This document shows, in pieces, positions 1 through 10,578 of a stretch of DNA of 64,000 bases (positions are counted from its first letter, which is position 1; every line of letters starts with the position of its first letter). The stretch comes from an uncultured delta proteobacterium (GTDB lineage Bacteria > Desulfobacterota > Binatia > UBA9968): contig CAVUZH010000014.1 in the NCBI GenBank assembly GCA_963745835.1, forward strand, positions 416,001-480,000, written 5' to 3'. The notes under the pieces were generated by a model, which was not told the origin of the DNA, did not search any database, and saw only the letters and a program-made list of their open reading frames with translations. The position numbers and the translations under genes are program-made.

Positions 1-1140
1 GATCGCTATTTTTCCTCCATGTTCCTTGACAATCTCCTGGCAAACAGCGAGGCCGAGGCCGGTACCATTGGCGGGATTCTTGGTGGTCATGAAAAAGTCA
101 AAAAGTTTAGGCAACAGGTCCGGGGAGATGCCGGCTCCGGTGTCTGAGATCTCTATGTTAACCCCTGAACGCTGCTGCTCCGATGCCTGCACAGTACAGG
201 TCGAAATTGTGATTCTTCGCTCTTGTCCCAGGGAATCGACGGCATTGTTGAGCAAGTTAATCAATACACGCTGTACAGATCCGCTATGTGCGTTCAGCAA
301 CGGCAACGACTCTGACAATTGAGTCATGACTTGGACGCTTTTCTCCGCGAAGACAGGCTTGAGCAGGAGCAAGGTCTCCGACACTAAATCGTTTAAGTTG
401 ACCGGACTGCGCCTGCTGGTCGATCCTCGCGTGCGATCCAAATAGTATTGGACAATGCCTGCCATGCGCCGGACCTGGCTCTCGATAGTTTTCACATGGC
501 GGCGGGGTTTCTCCGGCAGATCCTCTTGCGCTAAGAGTTGGGTATATCCTAACACCGAATTTAACGGCGTGCCGAGTTCGTGAGCAATGGCTCCGGTCAT
601 CCAGCCTAGGGCGGCGGCCTGCCCCACCCGCCCCACTTCCTGCTGCAGATTCCAGAGTTCCTTGTTGCGCTCAACCAGTTCTCTGGTAATTCTCTCAACG
701 CTCTCCTGTGCTTCCTTGCGGTCTAAATACAACTGCAACATTTCTGCAATAGAATCGAGCAAGCTCTTTTCCTCAGGAAGAAAAGGAAGATTAGTCGGTC
801 CGAGCCCACTTTCACTATATGCGATTTCCACAAGACCGTGCTTTCCACCAGCGGTGGTGAATTGCGCGCTCTGCGTCGGCGAACTTGAGCCGAAATGTTT
901 CGATCTATATTCGACTCCGTCCAAGACAATGCGCGCAGCGGCTAACTCCGCCTGATCGAATGCCGCGGGCAGAATGTTAACGAGTTCCTGCAGCAACATC
1001 CCGGGGGCTCTTTCATGATCCTGTAGCAAGCGCGCTGTGCGATGCAGCGCCGTGAGCTCTTTGATTCGTTCGTTGAGATCGTGAACCACCGATTGCTTCC
1101 GTTCATGACCCTTGTAATTGCTGATATTCTGAAGATGCAT
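1..1140 (-). CDS. Sensor histidine kinase (GAF-like + HisKA + HATPase), truncated by window edge
   Basis: Manual translation from ATG 1140 (MHLQNISNYKGHERKQSVVHDLNERIKELTALHR); in-frame H-box AHELGTPLNSVLGY near 585 and G2 box GTGLGLAVCQEIVKEHGG near 20-70. Confidence 0.9.
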   Translation of the reverse strand, partial: MHLQNISNYKGHERKQSVVHDLNERIKELTALHRTARLLQDHERAPGMLLQELVNILPAAFDQAELAAARIVLDGVEYRSKHFGSSSPTQSAQFTTAGGKHGLVEIAYSESGLGPTNLPFLPEEKSLLDSIAEMLQLYLDRKEAQESVERITRELVERNKELWNLQQEVGRVGQAAALGWMTGAIAHELGTPLNSVLGYTQLLAQEDLPEKPRRHVKTIESQVRRMAGIVQYYLDRTRGSTSRRSPVNLNDLVSETLLLLKPVFAEKSVQVMTQLSESLPLLNAHSGSVQRVLINLLNNAVDSLGQERRITISTCTVQASEQQRSGVNIEISDTGAGISPDLLPKLFDFFMTTKNPANGTGLGLAVCQEIVKEHGGKIAI

Positions 1141-1707
1141 GATCAAGTGTAATGGCTCGCCGTCCGGATCGCAGTCCACTCCGACGCTCGTTAGGGTCCA
1201 GACTGAATCTCCGGATTTGTGGACGTACTCTTTCTCTCGCTCGAAATGTTCCATCTTCCTATCCACCAGATCCTGAATTTTCCTCCGATCGTCATCGGAA
1301 AACTTTGGAAAGATCGACGGATCAAGCTTTCTCTTCCGGAACTGACTCTTTTCACATCCAAGTATGCGGCACAGGGCTCGATTTACTTCGAGCACATCAC
1401 CGGCAAGCGTTAGAATGGCGATGCCAACCGGGGCGTTGTCGAAAAAGCTCCGGAGACCGGGCGAACTCGTCGATTTAGGTTTGTCGGAGCGAGTTGTTTT
1501 CACGTTTTAACTTTACTTGAATCACGAACCATGCGCCAAACGCGCCAAGTAGAATGATAAACAGAATCGCTATTACTGCCACCACGATTCCACCGGCAAG
1601 CGTCAACGAAAGGTGAAGAAGGATCTTTGATAACTCTAGTATCATTACTGTGAAATCCCAATCAGCAGTTTTAAGCGTAGTATCGCAGCGGGCGCATTAT
1701 TTGTAGG

Positions 1708-2520
1708 TCAGCACCCGACCCCAGAGACTCTTGGTTCTCCAGATCCCGGAACGCAAGGTTTCAAGCTCAACAATTTGACTGTGATCCACGAACAGATTGA
1801 CCTCCGCCCATAGTTCTTAATGTACCATTGGAATACCTCAGGCTCAGCTGCTTCGAACATTACCTTTTCAACTCCGAGACTGTTGACGAAACGGACGGGG
1901 ACATCCGTCCGCCATGATTCTACGCTTTCCGTAATTCCCGCCGATTCGATCATGATCATGTATGCGCCCGCGTCGAGATACCGTCTGGCGCGATTAACCG
2001 CCCAGTCAATATCCTGTGTCCCTTCCGCTTCCAGCTCAGAGGCAGCCGTCGTACCGCCTGCGCCGAACTGGGTTCCCACTTCGGGTTTGGCCTTCATCCC
2101 AGATCTTTGCACCTTTTCTATTAACCTAAGAACGTCATCGACCGGGACTGTGATGAAGCCGGTGGATATCTCTATAATGTCGAACCCGATCAGGCCGCAT
2201 TCGTCGATATATTTGTCGACAGCCTCGGGATTCAAGTAAGCACACGCTCGATGAATCCGCCCGTGGAAACTAGAGCGCCGTGATCATGGAAGTAGTGAAT
2301 GAGATCTTGCACAGCGGTACGAGGCATCAAGGAAAATGAGCCTCCGGCGAACTTCAGCGCGTCCACATAACTCCCCATGGTTTCGAATATATCTTGTAAA
2401 TAATTTTCCCAGTCGGCGTGTAGTAGGGGCCTCGGATTTCCGTTATGCCGCGCGTGCGCGGTTTAGACTCGCGTTGGTTTACTGGATGAATGAAAACGCC
2501 CTTTCATGAGAACTTGACAT
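1708..2520 (-). pseudogene. comA: Phosphosulfolactate synthase (ComA/HSA32 family), frameshifted
   Basis: Motifs KPRTRGITEIRGPYY, VDALKFAGGSF, STGGFIE, IEISTGF, MIMIESAGITE, FEAAEPEVFQWYIKNYG spread over several frames. Confidence 0.8.
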
Positions 2521-2596
2521 AGTTTCCACTTCCTTTTATTCATTGCGCCACTTGCGCTTATTGCAGCTTCTTTGGATCGCGACGGTTCCAAGCTCG

Positions 2597-3178
2597 TTAG
2601 TGATGCGTTTCCGCAATTCTTCTGTCGATCTGCGAAGACCGCCCGATCCGCCTGCGTTTCACGGCGTGCCTTTCCTTCTTCCTGCGCCGGGGACATAGCT
2701 CCACAGGCTTCCTCCGTGGTCGGGGGACGGCGATCACCGGGCACGGTGCGTTTCGGATTACTTGCTCGGTGACGCTTCCGAAGATCATCCGGCGTAAACC
2801 TCGCCTCCCATGGCTCGCCATGATGATCAGATCCACCTGTTCTGCCTCTGCCAAACTCACGATATTTTTATCAGGAGTGCCGAACTCCACCTTTTTATGC
2901 ACCTCGACCAAGGGAAGTAAATCAGCAAAATTTTTCTCGAGATACGTCGCAAGATTAGCGTCGCACCTGCGAAGATAATCTTGTAACAGGTTAGAAGAGC
3001 CGGCTGCGCGCACGGCGTGATCTGTGAGTCTCTCACCAAGGTGCCGCAAATCTTCCACTTTGAACACATGATAAATTATTACTTCAGCGCCACTGGCTCT
3101 AGCCTTATTGAGCGCATAGCGAACACCTGCTCGCGAAAAGCTCGAAAGATCAGTGGGCGCCAAAATCTTTTTAATCAT
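2597..3178 (-). CDS. Universal stress protein (single USP domain)
   Basis: KKILAPTDLS...DLIIMASHGRRG...GSVTEQVIRNAPCPV; GGAGG RBS before ATG 3178. Confidence 0.92.
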   Translation of the reverse strand: MIKKILAPTDLSSFSRAGVRYALNKARASGAEVIIYHVFKVEDLRHLGERLTDHAVRAAGSSNLLQDYLRRCDANLATYLEKNFADLLPLVEVHKKVEFGTPDKNIVSLAEAEQVDLIIMASHGRRGLRRMIFGSVTEQVIRNAPCPVIAVPRPRRKPVELCPRRRKKERHAVKRRRIGRSSQIDRRIAETHH

Positions 3179-3429
3179 AATACCTCCTGAATGTGACACG
3201 AGCTGTCGCTCAAGAATCGAGCGATAACTGCGTACTCTATTAAATATTGATTAAACTCCGTCACGGCCCTGCCTACTTGCCGTGACTTAGTACTTGAGAT
3301 GCCGGCGAACGCGTTAACGGGAAATAATGACTGCTCTACTCTCAGGTGCCTGCTGCATTCGAGTGGCGAATCGAGTCCCGGCGCGGAGACAATAACTCAA
3401 AAACAATTAACGTTTCACGTATTACTTAG

Positions 3430-3445
3430 AGCAACTTCGATGCCA
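3430..3445 (-). promoter_or_regulatory. Putative sigma-54 (-24/-12) promoter upstream of USP
   Basis: Minus strand TGGCATCGAAGTTGCT fits TGGCAY-N5-TTGCW. Confidence 0.6.
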
Positions 3446-4483
3446 GCGAAATCGCGTTGTTGCAGGCACTCGAGCCCTTCGGGCGCAAAATTCGTTCAGA
3501 ACACACTGTGAGAGTGAGGCAGAAATGTGTGCACGTGTGGCGTTGTTGCAAGCGATCTCACACGAGGTAGATTCCGCGTGCTGTTGCGAACCGCTTTGGT
3601 CTTCGACTCGCAATGCCGATCGCGCCGACACTGTGGGTGCTTGTAAGATAGCTGGTCAGCTCGTTTGTAAGCGCTGGTATGAGCCAGGACAACTCATCAT
3701 GGAGACGTTGTGTCTGAGTTCCCCACAGGGACCGTATAAAGTCGAAGCAAGATTACCGTTCAGATGCGCGGACAAATCTTGGCCTTCGGAACTAGTACGT
3801 TTCTCTCGTGCACTGCTGAAACCTTGAGAATGGTGGATCCGCGATAAACTTACTGCAATATGCCCGCGGATCTTTAAGGGTGCAGTATGAACGCGTGGTG
3901 CCTCGTGAGCGATCGTCGCCATATGGAACACACTTTGCTCTGTCCAACATACGAAGTCAGCACATAATAGGAGAAGCATCGTGGCAGTTGTCAAAGCTCT
4001 AACTTTGGCAGTTCTTTTAACACAGGAGGTTTTCGAGGATCACCTTGGCAAGCGTGACGAAAACGATTAAGACGGCAATCTGAAATTTAACTAACTATGC
4101 TCCCGATGTCGTGTTGCTTACCTGCACCGTCGTCCTTCGGCGGTCATGAAGGCGTGCGGCAGTCGCATAAGATATGGTAGAGACTCTACCGGATGCGGGT
4201 ATTGAGATGCTTCAATAAACTCCTCGAGGGCAAGTTTGCTTTTCTGGAGTGGCGTGCCAGTCGAGCAGCGTTGAAGTGCGAGAAGGGACCGATTCGTTCG
4301 TGATACGGGATGGGAAGATCTGCTTTCAAAGCATTCATTACAAAGTCTATCCTGTGAGCCGCAGTGAGGGTAACAGTAACCATCCTACATGAGCCCAGGC
4401 GCGATGCACGCTGCCACCTACCATCGTCTGCCTTGGGTTCGGCCGTAGCGCTCGCAGCGCGAGAGAGAGGAAAGGGTAACGGC

Positions 4484-5383
4484 ATGAGACAGCTAAGACG
4501 GATTATTGTTGGATATGATCTGGGAGTCGGCGGAGAGGTAGCCTTAAGCTCGGCCGCCGTTCTTGCCAAGCGTTCTAATGCTGCACTTCGACTGGTGCAT
4601 GTGGTAGAGCCGCTCGATTCTTATCAAAGGATCTCGCATCCACTGACTTCTCCTTATCCTGTTGAGGAAATCGCACAGAAGATCGGAGCCAGACTGAAAG
4701 CCCTTATGACAGGCGCGGAGCTTGCCGGGTTGAACGCGGAATATGAGGTGCGCACGGGCAAACCCTTTGTGGAACTCATCGTTGCCCAGCGCGCCTGGCT
4801 CGCTGACCTGATCGTAGTTGGTGGCGCGTCGCAGCCGGAAGAGCCTTTTTCTGTCAGTACCAGCGAGCGGCTTATGCGCAAGGCCGACGTTCCTGTAATG
4901 GTCGCGAAAAGTCGCCTCAGTGTTGAAGCTAAGACATTCTTGGTTGCTACGGATTTCTCAGCAGGCGCCAGACAGGCGGCTGAGGAAGCGCTCATCCTGG
5001 CAGAGAATTTCCATGGACGTGTCGTTTTCTTACATGTATTTGACCAGCCCTCGTATGTGGTTAGCTATGTCCATGAGTTGGGCGTGTCGCTGCCGATTGC
5101 GCCACCCACGCCTGAGCAGATCGAGCCTGAATGGGAAGCTTTCCTCTCCGGTTTGCCTTTGGAGAAAGTGGACTGGGAGAAATCTTCTACCGAAGGGAAA
5201 GCGGCCACGTCTATTGTTCGCCAGGCGGAGCACGTCAAAGCGGATGTGATCGTGATGGGCACACATGGCAGAAGCGGGCTGCCTTATATTCTCCTGGGCA
5301 GCGTGGCAGAGAAGGTGGCGCGCACAGCGTCTTGCCCCGTCCTCACAATCAGGCCGGAGCATTTCCAGTTTCGAATCCCATGA
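4484..5383 (+). CDS. Tandem two-domain universal stress protein
   Basis: Two USP domains; second ends VIVMGTHGRSG...GSVAEKVARTASCPV. Confidence 0.92.
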   Translation: MRQLRRIIVGYDLGVGGEVALSSAAVLAKRSNAALRLVHVVEPLDSYQRISHPLTSPYPVEEIAQKIGARLKALMTGAELAGLNAEYEVRTGKPFVELIVAQRAWLADLIVVGGASQPEEPFSVSTSERLMRKADVPVMVAKSRLSVEAKTFLVATDFSAGARQAAEEALILAENFHGRVVFLHVFDQPSYVVSYVHELGVSLPIAPPTPEQIEPEWEAFLSGLPLEKVDWEKSSTEGKAATSIVRQAEHVKADVIVMGTHGRSGLPYILLGSVAEKVARTASCPVLTIRPEHFQFRIP

Positions 5384-5752
5384 CACGGTACCAATTTTAA
5401 GGTGCATCTCCCTTGCAGCACATCGATAAAATACTTCGCGCAGAGTCGATAGTCCGAGGAAGAAGAATAGCCCAGTGCGGCCACTGGCTGACCAATCGCC
5501 GAAGCGCTTGGGTGCGCAATCGCAACGACAGAAAGAAATCGCCCATAAGGAATAAACTGCTGTGAGCGCCACGGGGACACGTCGACACCTTCTGCGTCTA
5601 CTCCTCCAGTTTCGGGCGGCCGCCGATCAAAGCCATTGTCTTTTGCGGTCTCCAGTGTTTCATTTGACGGGTGGTATATTTCGCAATGAGCGACTACCTC
5701 TCTGACGAGGAGGCGGAGAGAAAGACTTACAGGCTGCCGGTCCGCGGGATAC

Positions 5753-6016
5753 TTAACGGCTTCGACGGCGACGATGAAGTTCGCACAGGACGAAGTTCGT
5801 TCCCACAATGTTACATATCAACGCTTCGACTTTCACCTGCTCCGCACATTGCGGGCACGTCTTCTTTCCCGCCGAATACGCAATTTGCCAACCAACGACA
5901 AAGACAATGAGGCCAACCCAAAACATCCAACCGGCGCCTATCCCGCAGCCGGCAAGGCCAACCAACCCTCCGCTTGCAGCGACCAAGATTCCCGATATGG
6001 GGACAAGTGTCCGCAT
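5753..6016 (-). CDS. Small membrane protein with zinc-ribbon-like C-terminus
   Basis: Two hydrophobic segments then KTCPQCAEQVKVEALIC; AAGGAG RBS. Confidence 0.65.
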   Translation of the reverse strand: MRTLVPISGILVAASGGLVGLAGCGIGAGWMFWVGLIVFVVGWQIAYSAGKKTCPQCAEQVKVEALICNIVGTNFVLCELHRRRRSR

Positions 6017-6237
6017 GTGACACTCCTTAATCTTCAGTTATCATTTCAAGCTATTGCCGGATCCCATTCGCCAAATAGGATTATGGCATGCCGCCAACAA
6101 GGCCACCGAATTAAGGAATTAGAGAGTTCATAAATCGTAGGGTGCAGGGCGAGTAGCCGTACCGATCTATTAAGGCTCGCGTAGAATCTTCCGTCAGCCC
6201 GGGCATTCTGCGAGGCCCCACGTTCGGGGAGCTGTTA

Positions 6238-6603
6238 AAGCCGGCGGCGCCGCGCCGCGAAGACAAGGAGAAGCTCCTGGAAGAAGTCACGCAGGAGATC
6301 ATGCAGGCGCCCCTTTTCACGACTGAAACGGGGTCACGTTTAGATCCGTCAAACCTTCGGCGCGCATTTCATTCGGTCCTTAAGGCGGCTGAGCTCCCAC
6401 GGATCCGCTACCATGATCAGCGCCATACCTATGCTTCAACTCTATTGAAAGCCGGCGTCGAGATCGCCGAAGTAAGCAGGCTCCTAGGCCACTCGTCGAT
6501 TAAAATTATTCTCGACGTCTATGTTCATTTCATTCCGCAGAAGGAACGGCGGGTCAGCGTGCTCTCGGATGCGATGGCGGCCGCCCGGCAGCAGCGTGCC
6601 TGA
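6238..6603 (+). pseudogene. C-terminal remnant of a tyrosine recombinase/integrase
   Basis: YHDQRHTYAS, LLGHS and catalytic Tyr (LDVYVH); no N-terminal domain. Confidence 0.8.
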
Positions 6604-6669
6604 AGGATGCTACAAAGTGGTAACATTTGGAGAGAAGATCAGACTTGCGGCGCGTAAGCTATTGATTTT

Positions 6670-6715
6670 ATGGCGCGCCCGGAGGGATTCGAACCCCCAA
6701 CCCTCAGATCCGAAG
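6670..6715 (-). repeat. att site: duplicate of the 3' part of tRNA-Arg(UCG)
   Basis: ATGGCGCGCCCGGAGGGATTCGAACCCCCAACCCTCAGATCCGAAG matches 43238-43283 with one mismatch. Confidence 0.95.
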
Positions 6716-6820
6716 AAGGTTGCAGGAGATAATGTCAAATTTTTTCAGCTATTCCTACCTTGATCTTACTGCGGTTTTTCCTATTCGCTCACCTGAGAAC
6801 AGCTCATATTACCCAGCGCG

Positions 6821-6842
6821 ATGGACACATTGTGGACACATT
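6821..6842 (+). repeat. Tandem TGGACACATT repeat, putative integrase arm-binding site (left)
   Basis: ATGGACACATTGTGGACACATT; near-identical copy at 43171. Confidence 0.7.
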
Positions 6843-6843
6843 T

Positions 6844-7611
6844 TTATTTCCCGCGTCTAATCTCGGCCTGCATCTCAACATATGCATCTCCCGCATCGTC
6901 GATGCATTTATCGCAAAAGTTTTCGCCTTCACTAGGTTGATAAGAAGTCACTGTCCTACGGCCGCAAGAATCGCATTTTTCACATTGATACAGATCAGCT
7001 CCGCAGAGGTGGCAGTAAACCGCGGTATCTGCTTTAAGGGACATCACATCCGAAGCGCCGCACCGCGGGCAAGTGTCTGTTGAGACATTGCCTTCTTTTG
7101 CCGCATCACTTCGTGCCATCTGCGCGGCAGTCTGCCAATCGGCAAGGAGCCGGTTTGCGTCTTTATACATATTCTTTGACAAAAAAGTTTCGAGTGGAGT
7201 GTTGAGTTCGTTTCGGAGAAAAATGGCGAGGAAATCTAACAATAAGGGAAGTTGCCTCTTGGCCATTGAGGGATCGAAGGTCGGCATGTGATGAACAATT
7301 GCATGGCGCCACTCTGCAACGTCTCGAATCAATTTTGCCTCTTTGGGAGCGAGTTCCATACCAAGGTTAGCAAATCGTCGTGGCAGTGCACCAAGTGATA
7401 CAGTTTGCTCTGCCTGTGGAATTTTCGTATCAATATTTTTTAGTATCAACGCTGGATTCACTCGGGCGAGACGTTCTTTGAGTACGAGTTCGGTTGCCGT
7501 TACTGCGTGGACGATAGCAAAATTGAGCCTGCCCGCGGAGAAGTTCCTGAGAGCTTCCTCAAGGAATTCGTGCGCTGATTCTAACAGCGGGCTTAACGTC
7601 TGATTGTCCAT
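6844..7611 (-). CDS. HEPN-like protein with C-terminal zinc ribbons
   Basis: HAVTATELVLKERL helix, RxxxxH (RHAIVH), four CxxC pairs. Confidence 0.6.
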   Translation of the reverse strand: MDNQTLSPLLESAHEFLEEALRNFSAGRLNFAIVHAVTATELVLKERLARVNPALILKNIDTKIPQAEQTVSLGALPRRFANLGMELAPKEAKLIRDVAEWRHAIVHHMPTFDPSMAKRQLPLLLDFLAIFLRNELNTPLETFLSKNMYKDANRLLADWQTAAQMARSDAAKEGNVSTDTCPRCGASDVMSLKADTAVYCHLCGADLYQCEKCDSCGRRTVTSYQPSEGENFCDKCIDDAGDAYVEMQAEIRRGK

Positions 7612-7627
7612 GTGTTCGTCTCCCCTT

Positions 7628-8732
7628 TCAATTCCCTAAAATGCTCGATGCCAATTCCTGCATTGTGGTGGTTTTCCGCGGAACGAAGTGACTGTAAACC
7701 TTGAGTGTAATTGCGCAATCCGAATGGCCTAGAAGCCGGCTCACTTCGGTAATGTCCTTGCCCTTCGATAAAAGCAGCGAGGCGAACGTGTGGCGCAATT
7801 TATGAAACGTGAGCCGCCTTACTTCGGCGCGAGCAACGATCGAATCAAAGATGTTTCCGGCGTTCTTTCGATGGATGAAGCCGCCGCCGATATTGGTAAG
7901 GACGAGACCCTGATGGCTGGGCGGGCACTTCAGCTTCCAGAGCTTTAATTCATGCGCCAGCTCGCGCGGCATATCTAAAACGCGCCGGCTCTTCTTTGAT
8001 TTCGGCGCTTTCAATTCCAAGCCGCCCTTATTCTTGGAAACAACCAGATTGAGCCGCACGTTGATAACCCCGGCTTTGAAATCCACGGCGGTCCAGGTAA
8101 GCCCCAGAACCTCGCCGATCCGCATCCCAGTTAAGCCCGGGACCATCACAAGGGCGCGCTCGAAACTCCCCTGCTCTGTCGCATTTACGAGCTTCTTTAG
8201 CTCCTCTTCCGAGTAAACCTGATCCGGCAATACCTCTTCGTCCTCGTTCTCTTCGTTCGAGACTTTCACGTTCGGCGAGCTCGGCCGCATTGGCTTTGCT
8301 CTGCAGTGGTCTGTAGCGTTGCGCAAGCTTAAAGATAGCGGTGACCGTTGTTAGGATCTTATTGGCTTCTTTGGTCGAGGCGGCCTTGGCCCATCCGACC
8401 GCCGCCGTCTCGATCTGCTCCACTGTGGCGCTTTGAATCCTCAATGCGCCGAGCGCTGGCACGATATGCTTATCGATGTGGATCCGCCAGTTGTGAAGCG
8501 TGCCGTGCCGATACGTGCCAGCGTCGTTTTTTCGCTTGTACCAGGATTCGGCAATATCCTTGACCGTAACGTCGGAAGGCGTGACAAAATCGCCCTTTGA
8601 GATATCCCCTATGTATTGCTTATTGAAATTGCGCGCGTCGTCTAGCCTGTCGAACGTCTTCCGTAGTCGTCGGCCGTGCTGGTCGTGGAAGTCCACGCAA
8701 TACGTTCCTGCAGCGGTTTTATTTATTGCCAT
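7628..8732 (-). CDS. Tyrosine integrase, frameshifted near 8270
   Basis: N-terminal arm-binding/SAM-like part (8028-8732 ORF) plus catalytic part TGMRIGE, FHKLRHTFAS, LLGHS, TLKVYSH (7628-8326 ORF). Confidence 0.88.
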
Positions 8733-8776
8733 AATTTTACTCCTCGCTATGCACGCCGTTCGCTTTCATCATCCGG

Positions 8777-8977
8777 TCACTTGGGGTTCTTCCTACTCCT
8801 CCGCCTCTTCACCTTTTCACTGAGTTGATTCAATAACATTGCATACGCGCCTTTCGGCTCGTTCACTCCGGTCTCCCAACGTGCGACGGTATGCTGTCGT
8901 GCCCCTATCTTGTCAGCCAGTTGCTGCTGAGTTAATTGAAGCGCTTGTCGTAGCTTTCTAATCTCTTGAGGACTCAT
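8777..8977 (-). CDS. XRE/Cro-family HTH regulator
   Basis: IRKLRQALQLTQQQLADKIG...VARWETGVNEP. Confidence 0.88.
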   Translation of the reverse strand: MSPQEIRKLRQALQLTQQQLADKIGARQHTVARWETGVNEPKGAYAMLLNQLSEKVKRRRSRKNPK

Positions 8978-9052
8978 GAGCTTCTTATATCAATTGGTAT
9001 TAATGTTTGCAAGCAGAATCCGTGAAAGACGACATTTGATTCACCCGGAGCG

Positions 9053-9144
9053 ATTGTGCTATTAACCCCGCCCTCGCTGCGCAGCGATAGGCGTCGCAGT
9101 CACCTCGACAGACCATCAAAGGCGCTGCGCCGGCGAGGCCCAAA
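9053..9144 (+). repeat. Structured repeat, copy 1 (promoter-like head plus long GC stem)
   Basis: CCTCGCTGCGCAGC...GCTGCGCCGGCGAGG; second copy at 9564-9656. Confidence 0.8.
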
Positions 9145-9154
9145 GGGAGGCGAT

Positions 9155-9349
9155 ATGGTAGACGTACCAGGTTTACTTGTTACTATCGTCATCGGATATG
9201 GTTGCTGGGCTCTTATCTCTCTCGGGTTATCGTTTCTCATCAGTAGTCGGGGAACCGCGCGAGACCCAACGGAAAAAAGCAGCGCGCGGCTGACAAGTTC
9301 ACTCGGTAACATAAGGCCGAGCCCCGACTTTCAGAAAAAAACGTCATAA
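9155..9349 (+). CDS. Small single-TM protein
   Basis: GGGAGG RBS then MVDVPGLLVTIVIGYGCWALISLGLSFLIS. Confidence 0.55.
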   Translation: MVDVPGLLVTIVIGYGCWALISLGLSFLISSRGTARDPTEKSSARLTSSLGNIRPSPDFQKKTS

Positions 9350-9515
9350 GGTCACTTTCGCAGGTTTGAAGTCTTGCGTGCGAAGGCGTCAAACGGCTCT
9401 TGCCGGCGGTGAATACATGCGCGGCCGCGATTTCCCCGAACGGCTCGAACATCCGGCGGATGTCGGTTGCTCTTGCGTTGTAAGCGATGTTCCCGACGTA
9501 GATTCGGGTTCTCAT
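9240..9515 (-). CDS. RRM-type RNA-binding protein, possibly degenerate at C-terminus
   Basis: RNP2-like RIYVGNIAYN...IRRMFEPFGEI; RNP1 not clearly present. Confidence 0.6.
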   Translation of the reverse strand: MRTRIYVGNIAYNARATDIRRMFEPFGEIAAAHVFTAGKSRLTPSHARLQTCESDLMTFFSESRGSALCYRVNLSAARCFFPLGLARFPDY

Positions 9516-9563
9516 TTCAGGTTCGTGCAGGCTACTTCTGCAGCCCTTGATCAGCTCATAGGA

Positions 9564-9656
9564 ATTGTGCTATCAACCCCGCCCTCGCTGCGCAGCAAAT
9601 AGCTTGCGCTAACCTTTGACAGCCCATCAAAGGTCGCTGCGCCGGCGAGGCCCAAA
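9564..9656 (+). repeat. Structured repeat, copy 2
   Basis: Same outer stem as 9053-9144; inner hairpins TAGC/GCTA and CCTTTGA/TCAAAGG. Confidence 0.8.
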
Positions 9657-9665
9657 ATCCCATCG

Positions 9666-10088
9666 TCAATGGATAGTTGATAGAAACAGCGCGTTGCTAG
9701 TGTCAGTTGATTTAAATAAAATAAAGAGGCCGGTGCCGACGGCTAACCATACCGCGAGAATAAAAGCAGCTCCAACCCAACCCAATAACTTGCCCTGAGC
9801 AATTCGCGCCGCCGTTTTGGCCCTGCATTCCGCCAACACGTCAGCGGGTATCATCCTAATCGTAAGAGTTATACCGACGGGAATTAAAATCAAATCATCG
9901 AGGTATCCTAAGACCGGGATGAAATCGGGTATCAGATCTATAGGACTCATGGCATAAGCAAGGACCGACAGAGCGAAGGCTTTTACATACCATTGAACTT
10001 TAGGATGTTTGACGGCTAGATAAATGACATAGGTCTCCGTTTTGAGTTCGTTCGCGCTCCGTTTCCATACCGCAACATTTATGGCCAT
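9666..10088 (-). CDS. YkvA/DUF1232 family membrane protein
   Basis: YAMSPIDLIPDFIPVLGYLDDL signature. Confidence 0.92.
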   Translation of the reverse strand: MAINVAVWKRSANELKTETYVIYLAVKHPKVQWYVKAFALSVLAYAMSPIDLIPDFIPVLGYLDDLILIPVGITLTIRMIPADVLAECRAKTAARIAQGKLLGWVGAAFILAVWLAVGTGLFILFKSTDTSNALFLSTIH

Positions 10089-10094
10089 GAGTTT

Positions 10095-10170
10095 TTAATC
10101 TGTTAGTCCAGCGATCTGTTCAAGCGACCAAAAGTGATTGGAGATTTCCGCCTCCATCGCCAAAGTTGTT
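10095..10170 (-). pseudogene. C-terminal remnant of an IS1-like DDE transposase
   Basis: TLAMEAEISNHFWSLEQIAGLTD* resembles the TPAMxAGxxDHxWSxEE tail of these transposases. Confidence 0.45.
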
Positions 10171-10578
10171 GACCTCATGGAAGGCCCTGAAGCGCAGCAT
10201 GGCAAGAGTGCCGGCCAAGAAAAAACCCGCGGTAAGAGCGGCCGCTAAGAAGAACAAGTTTCGTAGACAAGTTTGACAAAGAGTATTCATCCCGTTTCTT
10301 CCACTATCGATAAGACTCCAGTGCCACTTGCCTGGCGCTTCAAATATTCCTCAGGCACGATCGCCCTCCTATAGCTCACGGCAAACGTGCTCATATCCGT
10401 TGTTTAGAAGACACCTAACGATATTCGGATCGGTCCCGCTTTTGCCGTTCACGCTAGTGATGGTCTAACGATGAGGATACAAATATGGAGTTATTGGACT
10501 CGATCGTAAGTGTAGCGGTGGTTCTTGGATCAGTGGCCACGGTCTTTCTCTGGCTTTACTTATAAGATCATTTCCGGG

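Noticed and set aside
6521-6763. ORF containing WRARRDSNPQPSDPK
   Set aside because: Translation of the antisense tRNA fragment at the att site
8028-8326. Programmed frameshift in the integrase
   Set aside because: No slippery heptamer at the shift site, and similar indels occur throughout the window
9053-9656. CRISPR array or integron attC sites
   Set aside because: Only two ~90-bp copies about 420 bp apart; no cas genes; no RYYYAAC...GTTRRRY box pair; integrase is phage-type
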